Part shown: positions 11,081 to 23,397 of the stretch, piece after piece
How the letters are laid out: every line of letters starts with the position of its first letter
Position numbering within the stretch: position 1 is the stretch's first letter
Position numbers and translations under genes: made by a program
Assembly: GCF_006345805.1 (NCBI RefSeq)
Contig: NW_021829924.1
Coordinates: 1 to 35,009 of the forward strand
DNA: 35,009 nt
Reading direction: 5' to 3'
From: Octopus sinensis
Taxonomy: Eukaryota
Notes under the pieces: model-generated
Databases searched by the model: none
What the model was told of the DNA's origin: nothing
Seen by the model: only the letters and a program-made list of their open reading frames with translations

Positions 11081-11772
11081 TATATATATATATATAATAT
11101 ATATATATATATATTATATATATATATATGTAAGAATTAGCACTTCCTTCTCTAAGCTTGGATTCGAAATCAAACCCAAGAATCATTGGTCGTCAAATAC
11201 CAATGCATAAAAAGGCGCGAAATCAGAATTTCTTTGTTCTGACAAAAAGTGATGGATCGTCTCCCTTCGACCTCTGACCTGAGCCAGGTCAGGCGAAGTT
11301 TAACTGAACGACCAGTGACCTACTTTAACGATAACTCTCTTGCGGTATATCTATTTTTCTGGCTATTTGAGATTTTATAAATAGAACGGAAAAATCGGTA
11401 TCTGAAGAGAACCAGAAACCGACGCCTAAATGAACGTCACGCATTTCAGGAGACAACGAGAGAATATTCATAAAGGTGACTGTCCTGCATGATTTACTCA
11501 CACACACACACCATCAAACATATTCTTCTTTAATATGTATCATGTATTATGCATTTCTTTAACATGTATTCTTTGCAAGCATTATTTAATATGCATTTTG
11601 TACAAGCAATGTGTAGCATTGCTTACAAATTGATGTAGTGAAAATAAATCTTTAATTTATTACAAAACAACTTATGTATTTATTAATACATCCACGCATC
11701 CACTACATATATATATATATATATATATTTATATACACACATATATATATATTTATATACACACACACACAC

Positions 11773-11828
<56 letters not shown>

Positions 11829-12073
11829 AAAGAATGAGTAGAGAATGGCTTTTTGAGGGGATAATTTTTATTTCAAACTTAATAATAATAATGTTTACAG
11901 TGAGTTACTCTGATATGCTTTTAAAGCTTCAAGTGGCTGTTTTATTCTATCTATCTTCCTCTGAACTGTCCATCTATTTAGCTATGTATCTATCTGTTTC
12001 GCCACCTATACAGCAATCTAACTAATGACAATGCTATCAATTGAGATAATTAAAATATTTGTTAATTAATCAG

Positions 12074-12186
12074 GTGTTGATGAAATGATGTCCAGATTTG
12101 TTGCCCAACTTCTTGTAAGAGATCCCATCACTTTATACAAAGAAAAAATCGATCAAGACATTATAAATGATACTGATCACATTCAG
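12074..12186 (+). CDS. GCLC: GCLC-like exon E (GVDEMMSRFVAQLLVRDPITLYKEKIDQDIINDTDHIQ)
   Basis: Acceptor aatcag, donor gtaaaa, 113 nt. Aligns with AHLFIRDPLTLFEEKI...DHFE. Confidence 0.92.
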
Positions 12187-12899
12187 GTAAAATATATCTG
12201 TTGAATACTTTTAATAATTTACAAATAAATCTATGGGAGCCACTAAGTTATAAATCAATTCCATAATCAACACATTTCTTCCTTCCTTTGGCCTTCAATG
12301 CCTGATGGAGTCGTAGATGTGCTTTTGTGTCCTATGTTGTTTCTTGGGTGTTTTATAATTGGAATGTTTTCTTATTTAGGTCTGAATGTTACTGATTTCT
12401 TCCAGAGAGACAGAGTGACAGATAGACAGACAGATTGACAGGCTGACCAACTAACAGACAGATAGGCAAGCAGATAGTGTTGCAAGGAATGAAAGTGAAA
12501 GTAAAATTATATGTAGAGAAAGCCAAAAAGTATTAAATGCAATAACAGAGTGGTTGGGGGTAATGTTGAAGAACCAGAAAGATAAGAACGAGAGAAAAAG
12601 TTATGAGAATAAAGAAAAGTTAATTGTAATAAAGTAAGCAAAGAAGAGATGGACAACAAGAGAAAAGAAAGGTGTTAAAGAATGCCAACTATTTTGCAAT
12701 GTATTAAAAAATGCTGACTGCCTTGAAATGAAATAAAATTAGTTTTATGATTTGAATAATGCAGTTAAATTTAAAAATTGAACTTTTCAAGAATTTTTTG
12801 CACAGTGTAAACTTCAATAATTGCTCTCTTCTTGTAAAAGTTACATACTCATATGTAATTCCATATTCATGACTGAGATTGTTTAACATTTTGTTTCAG

Positions 12900-12986
12900 A
12901 CCATTATAGCAAGTAACTGGCACAGCATAAAACTGAAGCTTCCTGATGAGAAATCCGGATGGAAAGTGGAATTCAGAACAATGGAG
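12900..12986 (+). CDS. GCLC: GCLC-like exon F (TIIASNWHSIKLKLPDEKSGWKVEFRTME)
   Basis: Acceptor ttttgtttcag, donor gtaaca, 87 nt. Aligns with NIQSTNWQTMRFKPP...GWRVEFRPME. Confidence 0.92.
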
Positions 12987-14660
12987 GTAACACCATACCA
13001 GAAACTGTCTATGTAACAGAGACTTCTGTGTTTCATCATGCACAGGTTCAGGTGTAGTCATGAGAAGAGATTTTCTCCTCTATGACCAAATCTGCCCACA
13101 AATGCTAATGTTTCAGCCTTTATATTAATAGGATCACATACGGTCGTATCGTATAAGAGACACAGTCGCACGCGATCCCATTCTTAATGATTTATTTACT
13201 GACCATATAATACATGCAGCGGCAAAACACATAAGTGGAATGACAACAAGATTTCTTTTTAAGATATATACATTATTTATTTTACATATTTTACAATCAT
13301 GCTTGATGTTGGAAGTTTGTAAGTGTTAGCATGTTTTTGTGTCTGTGTGTTCGTGAGGCGTAAAAGGTACTGACCAGTGAAATGACGATGGAATTTAGTT
13401 CACAGTTCATGTTGTTGGTATAAGCCTGGCAACAGGTAGTAACAGATGGCTTAAGGTGGTTCTTAGAAGAACTAGAACCCAAGAACAGATAATTGATTTA
13501 CCGTTTATGAGGTACAGTGTAAGAGTTTCATATCAAGATGTTGCGTCTCGTAGTTGAGATTAATTGAATCATTCGTTGTGTTTATCTTTCTCTTGATATG
13601 AATATACTTCCAGATGTGTTAACTGTAGCCGTTTTTTCCATGGTGAGATTTTCACCTAACCGCTATAGCTGAATCTGTAGTTGTCTTGTGTACAAATTAA
13701 ATCTTCGATGTTTGGCGATGATTTGTGTCTGTCGCTTGGTTTTCGCTGCGTCTTCATTATATAGTCTGCTTGGTTATTTTTCTCTAGTTATAGATATCCT
13801 GTAACCGTTCTTTTCGTGGTGATATTTTCACACTAACAGTATGAGAGGTATCTGTAACATCTTGTATTAATGGTAGTCGCCTGCCTTTCGAAACTGGAAC
13901 ATGGTCGAGTATGCTCTGTGTGGTCAGAGGTTAGCCCTGAGAATGACTTGAAACCTAAGACGAATACTTGTCTGAGAACCCTTGTTTTATAAGCTTTTTG
14001 TGGCTCCCAATGAACTTTAGAAATGGAAAGCTGTGATTGGCTGCATGGAACTATGGCACGGAAATAAGCGGAGGCAAATCGCGTCACGTGATAACCAGCG
14101 GTGCGAACGTAGTAGAGACCACCTGTCAGCCAATCGAATTAGTGTTTACAACAATGTTGAACTAGCCGAAGATGTTTGTAATCTCGAATGAGATTATTCT
14201 TAATACTCTTCTCAAACAGTGAAGATAGCAATGCGAGAACGATATTGCTACACTGCCAATATAAATGTACTGTCAGCCTATACATTAAATTCTCTGCATA
14301 TATACTTATATTATCACCTATGAATGTATGTATGTATGTATGTATGTTTGTGTGTGTTTGTGTATGTATATATGTATGCCTCTGAGCTGTATGACTTCTA
14401 TTTTGTTTGAATATTTACATTCATACCAACTACCTGTGTCGAGTTTGTGTTTGTCACTGTTCTCTAAGTTCCCTCATTATTCTTTGCAATCTTTTGCTGT
14501 TGGCACCACTAAAATAAACAATATTATAGTTAAAGATGTGAAACTGTCATGATGTATTTGAAGATAAATGACAAAAAAAATGCATGTCCCACATCTAGAA
14601 CATAGATTTTCTGTTTTTCCCTTTGGTATTCTTCTGCATCATTTTTTAAATCATAAATAC

Positions 14661-14740
<80 letters not shown>

Positions 14741-14741
14741 T

Positions 14742-16265
14742 AGGAACCAGAGTCCTAATATGTAGAAGGGAGACAAACCACAAATCCCTTCAGGTAGATG
14801 GCCCTGCTCAATCTGTAGTAGAGGCTTAGGTAGAAACTCTATAAGATGTACCCAGTGTAAGCTATGGACACATAAGAAGTGCAGTAATATCAAAGGAAGG
14901 CTAAATGGGAAGATAGTTTTTTTATGTGGGAGATGCTCAGGAGTAATAAACACTGAAAATGCGCAGAAACCAACTTCTACCACATTCCAGGGAGAAAAAC
15001 TAGAAGTAGTTGATGGCTTCCGTTACCTAGGTGACCAAGTCAGTAGCGGAGGTGGGTGCACTGAAAGTGTAGCTGCTAGAATAAGAAGAGCTTGGGCAAA
15101 GTTCAAAGAGCTCTTACCTCTGCTGGCGACAAAGGGCCTTTCGCTCATAGTAAAAGGTAGACTGTATGACACTTGTGTACGAACAGCCATGCTATATGGC
15201 AGTGAAACATGGGCTGTGACTGCTGAGGACATGCGTAAGCTCGCAAGGAATGAAGCCAGTATGATCCGATGGATGTGTAATGTCAGTGTGCATACTCAAC
15301 TGAGTGTAAGTACCTTGAGAGAAAAGTTGGACTAAGAAGCATCAGATGTGGTGTGCAAGAGAGACGATTGCGCTGGTATAGTCATGTGGCAAGAATGGAT
15401 GAGGACACCTGTGTGAAAAATTGCCATACCCTAGCGGTTGAGGGAACCTGTGGAAGAGGTAGACCCAGGAAGACCTGGGATGAAGTGGTGAAGCATGACC
15501 TTCAAACTTAAGGCCTCACCAAGGAAATGACTAGTGACTGAGACCTTTGGAAATATGCCGTGCATAAGAAGACCAGGCAAGCCAAATGAAACCATAATCT
15601 TATGGCCTATGCTAGGGGCGTAACCAACCCACTTGTATGTAACCTATTGCTTCTTTGGTCACTAAAACTCTGCTTGCGAAGACCTGTTAAGGCAAGTGAA
15701 ATCAAATTAAATCAATCAAAATTAAATTCGATTACTGGCGTCCACGCTGGCAGGGTGCAAATAGCACTATACAAGCGTGATCATTGACAGAGCGGTTAAC
15801 CAGCTTCTGTGCCAGTGGCATTTAAATGGCAGCAATCGAGTGTGATCGTTACCAGCATCGCCTTACTGGCACTTGTGCCCGTGCTAGTAGAGTGCCAAGA
15901 GCACCATCCGAGTGTGATCATTGCCAGAGCAGCCAACTGGCTTCCATGCTACCAGCAGCACGTAAAAGACACCATTCGAGCGTGATCGTTACCAACGTCG
16001 CCTTACTGGCACCTGTGCTGGTGGCATGTGTAAAAGGATTTGAGCGAGGTCTTTGTCAGTACCGCCTGACTGGCCCCCGTGCCGGTGGCATGTAAAAAGC
16101 ACCCACTACACTCTCGGAGTGGTTGGCATTAGGAAGGGCATCCAGCTGTAGAAACTCTGCCAAATCAAGATTGGAGACTGGTGCAACCATCTGGTTCCCC
16201 ATCCCTCAGTCCAAATCGTCCAACCAATGCTAGCATGGAAAGCGGACGTTTAAACGATGATTATG
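14742..16265 (+). mobile_element. 5'-truncated RTE-clade LINE (RT C-terminus with PHD-type finger, repeat-containing 3' UTR, gat-type tail)
   Basis: Frame reads WPCSIC..RCTQCKLWTHKKC..CGRC..LEVVDGFRYLGD..LYGSETW..RLRWYSHVARM..GRGRPRKTW. The element ends ...ggacgtttaaacgatgattatga. Confidence 0.9.
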
Positions 16266-16389
16266 AATTATATTATATATAATATATATATTATATATAT
16301 TTGGTAAAAATGGTAAGATACAAAAGAAGAAAGAGACCTCAATATTATGTAAATAGAGGAGATTTATCTGTAAAATAATATGTGACAAT

Positions 16390-16436
<47 letters not shown>

Positions 16437-16694
16437 ATATATATATATGTATATGCATACAAATGAGTAAATATTCAATTGATTATTCATACAGATATTA
16501 TCTTCTTTCAGTTCGTTTTCCATTTCTTGATAGTGACTTCCTGACACCTAGGGCAGAAAATCGTACTGCATATGTTGGTAGGCCATTAAAATAAACACAC
16601 CAAATTATCCATTTATAAAGTCATGTGATAGAGAAATGGAAAAGAAAGAGAGCAAAAATAAAAAGTTAAAAAGTGAACAAAGAAAATTCGCAGC

Positions 16695-17790
16695 AACAAT
16701 GCTCTTTTTAGCATGTGACGTACCAGTTATGGCAATCATTTGCATTTCCTACATGGATGGTATGCCAGACACCATTCTTAAATAATTTTCAGTTTCTTTT
16801 TTGATCATTCCAAGTGCTCCTACAATTACTGGTATTGTAACCATTTTGAGGTGCCACATTTTTTGTCGATTTCAATTAGCAAATCTTTATATTTTCTGAG
16901 CTTAGCAAATTCTTTTTCCGAGATATTATGGTCACAAGGTATGCTCATATCAATCAATAAACAGGCTTTATTGTATTGGTCTTTCACAACAATATCTGGT
17001 TTGTTTGTTTTGATGGTCCGGTCTGTACACACTGATAATTCCCAATGAATACTTACATTTTCTCCCTCAGTTACAGCCTCAGGGTGGTGCTTGTACCATT
17101 TGTCAGCAGTTTTCATTCTATAATGCCGACATATCATCCAATGTAGATATTGGCTAACTCTGTCATGTCTTGATTTGTACTCTACAGGTGCTAAAAACCT
17201 TACATGTGGAGATTAGGTGGTCAACTTTTTCAATCTCATCGTTGCATTAACAGCACTTTGGCTCTACACCATTTTTCATCCCATTGCCTTAGTAGTTCCG
17301 GGTCAATAAGCTCTGTTCTTGGGCAACCAAGATAAATCCTTCACTCTCTGCCTTTAGCCCTGAGCTCCATAGTCACTGATGGGTGTGCTTCTGGTCTACA
17401 TTAGCTTGTTGCTTCGAGTCATATATTTGCCATGCAGGGATTTTTGTTTCCATCTATCAGCCAATTGTTCAAATGCATTTTGTTTTGATATTGATTTCAC
17501 CTTCTTTGCAACTACAGTTGCTGCACTTCCATCATGCTTAATCATAAACTCACTTGAAAATATTTTGCTCTCCTTCATAACAGAATGAAGCTTATGTCTT
17601 TCATGGTTTTCAACAAGCTTTAGCATCCAGTCGTTAGATGTTTCAAGCTATTTAGCCAGTCCAATTATTGTGGTTTTGTAGAAGATTTCAGATTAGATCA
17701 AACCTCAACCTCCTTGAGCTCTGGGTAGGTAAAGATGATATACGTCTGCCTTTTGTTGGTGCATCTTATTGCAAGTCAGTATGTTATGAA
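16695..17790 (-). mobile_element. R4/Dong-like non-LTR retrotransposon 3' fragment with restriction-like endonuclease
   Basis: LYLPRAQGG, SLHGKY, GLKAESEGFILVAQEQSL, RHDRVSQYLHW, NKPDIVVKD...LLIDMSIP...KYKDL and VGALG in interrupted frames. Confidence 0.85.
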
Positions 17791-18137
17791 TGTACCGGTC
17801 AATCTGCCTTATTTCACTCATATTCCAGTTCAACACATTGAAACTGTTAATAAAAACCAGAACTGCTTATTATTATTATTACTATTATTATTATTATCAT
17901 TATTAGTAGTAGTAAATATATAAATAAATAAAAATTAAAATAATAATATTAGTGGCCAGCAAGCAATAATTCTGTTATATGGCTAATCACTAAAATTTTA
18001 TAATTATAATTATAATAGAGAGTACACGAAGTACCAGCTTGCTAGAAATAAGAGTTAAAATCCTCAAACAAGCCACTATCTCACTGAAAAACGTAGTAGA
18101 CCAACATAAATCAGGCAAACAAGCCGAATAATTTGTG

Positions 18138-18500
18138 TAAATGCTGTTTGTGTAACTTTCAATGCCAAAGCTTGGTAAAAGGCCTTCCAGGACTTTCCAT
18201 AAATTTATCGCCTTTGTTCTAGGGAGAAGAATTTTAATTCTTTCAGTCTTTCCTAGTAGCTGATGTGGCACATTGAGATGATTTTCTTTGTGTAGCTTCA
18301 TTGGATAGCTTCGAGTTTCACCATTAATTTTGTGTTGATCATAGTTGGGAGTATTGTGTGCTGAGTGTATTAGGGAGCACATTACCAAATTGGTAATATG
18401 CACTTGAAAAGAAGCCTCACTGCTCACGTCAATGCCCAGGTTACGCACTGATGTTGATTCAGGGATTACAGTTCTTCTTTGACCAGTCAATCCTGTTTGC
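18138..18500 (-). mobile_element. Internally deleted CR1-group LINE fragment
   Basis: VRNLGIDVS..FQVHI and LWKVLEGLLPSFGIESYTN, homologous to WKILEGIVPNFGIVSYTN at 8765-8825. Confidence 0.75.
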
Positions 18501-18503
18501 ATG

Positions 18504-20330
18504 TCATTCAGACGATTCATTCCAAACTTGAGTTATCAGGCTATGGATTTCAGATGAAATATGATCCCCGCCTGCTTTCAGAATTTCAACTAGAATACCA
18601 TCCAATCCATGAGCTACAACTGATCTTAATATACATAATGCCAAATTTACTTCTCCAGTGGAAGGTGTATCATTCATGTGTTGCATTATCTCTCTTTGTG
18701 GCATGTTTATGATATCCATGTTCACTATAGACATATTGTGGAAAAGATCTGCAAAGTGTTCTCTCCATCTATTCATTATTCCAGGAGGATCATTTCCATC
18801 TTCTGACTTCAAGGGAACATCTGATGAAAATTGGAGTCCAAAAGCTTGCCACAATAAACTATAGAAACTTTTAATGTCCTTCCTATCATAGGCTGCCTGT
18901 ACTTCCTCTGACAATTTTCTCCAAGTGTCTTTAAGCCTCCTGAGTTATTTTTGAAATTCTTCTTTTTGAGACTTGTACAACTTTTCTAGCTGTACTGTGT
19001 TCTTAACATTTGGGTTAAGAAGCTTTTCATGAGTGGACTTCTTTGTTGCTAAAAGTTCATTTATCACTGTATCATCTTAAAACTTAACACTTCTGAACCC
19101 ATTTTATATATTTCATTCTGGAAAGATTGTCATGAACCTTCAAAATGAATATTGGTACATCTCTTTTAAAATAACTGCAAAACTTGTGGCCGTTTTAGCT
19201 GCTCTACATCAATTTTCTTTGGTACTTGTATACCTACAAAATGAATTTTCTTGCAGACACTGAACTTGAACTTTGCCCTAACCATTTGGTGTTTAGTATC
19301 ACAATCAGCACCTCGCACTATTCTGCGTCTGCACAAATCTTGTAAGTCACCTTTCCAAGTTAATACAAACTCAATCATGTGACCTTGCTTTGATCTTGGG
19401 GGAATCCATGTTTCATTTTATGATGAGAGCATTCCCAACAATCAACTCTATCTCAGAGAACATTTATAGCAGATGCAACCCATTGTTGTTCACCTTTCCT
19501 ATTCTGTAATGCCCAAGTATATCACAGGCACCTTAGTCTCTATCAACATATGCATGAAAGTCACCCAGTACAACCAGCTTCTCAAAGGCATTGACGGAAT
19601 ACATTTTGTAAGCTCCTCATAAAATGCATGGATATTTTTCTCATTAGCTGAAAGTGTAGGGGCATAAATAGAGAAACAGTTACAAAATGTCCACAAGAAA
19701 GAGGGATCTGGAGTTTCATTATGTGCTTATTTATGTTTTGGTGGTCGTTCTAAGTCTTTTAGCAAATCACTTCTAATTTCAAACCCAACACCACCTTCCC
19801 TTTTCTCTCCCTTTGGCTTCCCAATTCAGCACAATGTAAAACCTGCCACTCTTTCGACAGGATGATCTTCATCTGAAAATCCTTTTTCAGAAAGAGCTGC
19901 TATATCAACATTAAGAAGCCTTAGTTCTTTAGTTACTAGAGCTTTTCTTCTTTCAGACCTACTTGCTCGATCTAAAAGGGTTTTCACATTTCAACAGGCC
20001 AGGTTAAGAGAAACCTTATTGCTTGTATACTTGTTATCGTTGTTTATACCAATTCATTGTTCATTCCTGCTAAATTGAACCACTGTTAGCTGCAGTAAAC
20101 TACCCAGCAGAGAAAGGACAGACAATTTTTATTGCACCTTTTCTAGCACTTTCCCAGTATATCCAGGTGAACGTTGTTCTCTTTATAAGGGCTCCTCAGA
20201 CACAGGATTCTCCACCAAAAACAGTTCCTGTCCATGAAAACATGTTAGTGATGTCAAGATAAGAATCCTGCTACATTATGTGCAGATTTGTAACTGTATG
20301 CCTCCAACCATGCCTCTATAACCATAGGAC
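18504..20330 (-). mobile_element. RTE-clade LINE 5' half (APE endonuclease to start of RT), 3'-truncated
   Basis: LAC*NVKTLLDR..ERRKALVTKEL..NVDIAALSE, GVGF, SIYAPT, PRSKQGHMIEFV, RGADCDTKH, RWREHF and GLDGILVEILKAGG. Confidence 0.88.
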
Positions 20331-20390
20331 TTTAGAAAAATTGATGATTGTATGACGATGCCATTACTAATTATTTTAATATACTTACAG

Positions 20391-20495
20391 GTTCAGCTGA
20401 CTGATTTTGAAAATGCTGCCTTTGTTGTATTTATGCTTCTTCTTACACGTACTATAGTTACTTTCAAACTGAACCTTTTGATCCCGATAACAAAG
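20391..20495 (+). CDS. GCLC: GCLC-like exon G (VQLTDFENAAFVVFMLLLTRTIVTFKLNLLIPITK)
   Basis: Acceptor atacttacag, donor gtaaat, 105 nt. QLTDFEN motif. Confidence 0.95.
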
Positions 20496-20892
20496 GTAAA
20501 TATTGACTTCTCTAAAATAAACATTAAACTCTTTGATCTAACTATAGATATGAGAGCTGTGATAGATATTCTGTCATTAGGTCTCAACTCATTGGATTTT
20601 ATTCACCCTAAAATGTGTATGTTCTTTTACAACAAACTATACTGTGGTAATTATCATAAGAGAAACACTCATTGACATTTTGGTGCCAAATGCACTTTTG
20701 TTAATATTGGTAGCAGGAAGATAAATCCCCACTACATCTAGTGCTGTGATCTCAGATCATGTGATTTCAACTTTGGTCTTGTCACTGATGGATACTTAAA
20801 CACTAGAGACAGCAGTGATTCATCTCCCCACCAGTGATATATAGACTGACAATGCCAGAGCAGACACTTGTGTCATGATTAGCCAGCTACCT

Positions 20893-20931
<39 letters not shown>

Positions 20932-21227
20932 ATGACAGGTGCAGAATTAATACCAAGAGGTGGACAGCTCCAAGCATCATCTTTAATTACAAAACATAAA
21001 TGAAATTAATTTTAAAGTCAACACTGTTTCAATTAATTTAAATTCCTGTTGGGAACACTTATTTTTTTGCTCCTATACAAGTCCCAGCCAATCATAGGTG
21101 CCCATGCTGGGGCACTGTCATCAAAGGATTTTTAAAATGTGTATTAAAACCATTATGTGTTTTGTTAATCATTACATTAAATTATTAAGTTGGCCAAGAT
21201 GTTTCTGTCGCTCAGTCTATTATAACA

Positions 21228-21450
21228 AGTGTTCCAGTCGATCTGATCAATGAGACCCCCTACTCATGAAATTAACATGCAAGTGGCTGAGCATTCCAGA
21301 GAAATACCTTAATGTAGTTCTCAGGGAGATCTAGTGTGACACAGAATGTGGCAACAATGGCCATTTGAAATACAGATACAATGTACTTTTTCCAGTTGAG
21401 TGCACTCAAGCAACATGAAATAAAATGTCTTGCTCAAGAACTCAACACAC
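21228..21450 (-). mobile_element. SINE-like repeat, inverted homolog of 1316-1520
   Basis: Direct reverse-complement similarity. Confidence 0.65.
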
Positions 21451-21511
21451 CATTAGGTAATTATCAATCCCATTTTATACATATTTACCATATCATTTCA
21501 CCCTCTGTAAG

Positions 21512-21593
21512 GTTGATGAAAACTTCCTACCAGCACAAAAGCCAGATGCCATTAATAAAGAGAAATTTCATTTCAGAAAAGATGTTCAAAAAG
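21512..21593 (+). CDS. GCLC: GCLC-like exon H (VDENFLPAQKPDAINKEKFHFRKDVQK)
   Basis: Acceptor ctctgtaag, donor gtaaga. Aligns with VDENM..AQKRDA...FYFRKD. Confidence 0.9.
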
Positions 21594-21708
21594 GTAAGAG
21601 CTATATTTATTGGAAATTTTCAGAATTACAATAAATAAAATTTTACTTTAATTAAATATTGATTGGAATGCAAACTTCCCTATCACAAAGCCATGCATGT
21701 GTATATAT

Positions 21709-21830
21709 AGGGAAAAATTCACAAAATATATGTATTAGTTTAATGCTCGGAAAGTGAAAAACTCTTTAATGTTTTGAGCCTATACTCTTCCACAGAAAGG
21801 AACACAGAAAGAGACAAGGAGAGAAAATGT
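21709..21830 (-). repeat. Copy of the 100-293 repeat
   Basis: ctctttaatgttttgagcctatactcttc core. Begins at (TA)n-gggaaaaattcac, like 3440. Confidence 0.65.
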
Positions 21831-22825
21831 AGTGGCTAGTAATCTATCATGGCAAATGCCAGACAGAGGGGTCACATAGGAGAGCTTGTAAGAAATGGAG
21901 ATAATAAAGTAGTGGTGATCCCAAACCGAAGGTGTGCGTGCATTTGTATAACAGAGCATGTATGTGCATTTGGAAGAGGGGTGGGGGCACTGACATGTAC
22001 GTGTGTGTATGTGCAGGTCTGTGGATAATGGTGTGGGTCTGGGAAGTTTTAAGTGCTAGTGTGTGCATTGTGATGTGATGTGGTGGTGTGTGGTGTGGTG
22101 TGGTGTGATGGTGTTGGGATGTGGGGAAGGTAAGAGTGGGGAAAGCAAGTGTGGGGTATGGTTTAGGCTGAGGGTGGTGGTATAGGTAGGGTGTGTGGGA
22201 GTGATTGTAATTTAAGAAATTAAAAAAAATTAAATTCTAAATTTTAGATTTTATATATATATTATATATTATATATTAATTATATTTATATTTTTTGTTA
22301 TTTATGTATTGGTTTATGTCTACCACTGCTTCAGTTGCCTAATAGTAGTTTTATCTCTAATTTAATTTATATATATATATATATAATGGAATAATTACTA
22401 TGAATCATTATTGTATAAAGGATCGTGATTAAGGCCAGAACAATGCGACGTAAACGCAAGGCAAATTACAAGAAAACAAATATATGAATTAATGCAAACT
22501 TACCTTGCATTCAATATTTTGGGCTTCTCTGTCACACCCTGTTTAAAAATTTTAAATTATGATTAATGACTTGTAGGCACACAGTATTTTGTAATGCAAC
22601 CATAATATGCTATGAAGAATAACCGTTTTTATAAGTCAGTACCATGTACTACTGTGTTAGCAGTGTACTTAAATTGTGTGTTAAAATCTGTAGAGATGAA
22701 ATTAATACATGATCTAAGTTATGAGTTTTTGCATCATAATCATAGCAAGCAGTTTGCCTGTCACACTATATAGCACATATATTTATTGTACTAAATCTAT
22801 AATTGTTTTATTTCCTGTCACTTAG

Positions 22826-22890
22826 AATCTTCTGAACTAACTCAGGATATTTACAGTTTGATGACTTTAAATGAAATCATGAATGGAAAG
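22826..22890 (+). CDS. GCLC: GCLC-like exon I (ESSELTQDIYSLMTLNEIMNGK)
   Basis: Acceptor cctgtcacttag, donor gtaaaa, phase 1/0 fits both neighbours. Aligns with EYTLMSIDTIINGK. Confidence 0.87.
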
Positions 22891-23397
22891 GTAAAATATA
22901 TTTTTTTAAAAATTGAAAACAATTTTTATTAATTTAGAATACAAACATAAATAACGTTATTCAGAAACAAAAATTATCTGGAACAATATTTAAAAAACAA
23001 AATTGTGGTTCTAATTACTCCTGCATAGATACTGAACAAAGTCAAACTTAAAATCATTTAACCTGTTTGTGCATTAAAATAGTACATATCTGCTAATTCA
23101 GTTTATGTGTGTGTGTATTTATATATAGTATTGAATTATGCTGCCTCTATATACATTGACTACTGATGTTTAGTTTGTCTATGTTCATACTTTTGTGTAT
23201 GAATAGTGTCATGTCATATGAGCATACATATATATGATTTTTATTATAAGAAGGATATTGAAATTCTTTTCATATCTTTCTCCATTCTTTTACCACTAAA
23301 ATATCAATAACTATTTGGTCAATACCTCAATCAATTTCTAATCTATGGGATAGAAATCTGAAACTATTTTCAATTATTTTGATTCTATTATCAACAG

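Noticed and set aside
11395-11430. CTGAAGA...GAAA downstream of the Penelope element
   Set aside because: No stem II pairing, cleavage triplet or stem I.
12940-12970. CTGATGA...GAAA inside exon F
   Set aside because: Stems do not form, and the sequence is explained by the coding frame PDEKSGWK.
15735-16100. Regularly spaced repeats superficially like a CRISPR array (also 2122-2384)
   Set aside because: Eukaryotic context, the intervening sequences are themselves homologous, and there are no cas genes.
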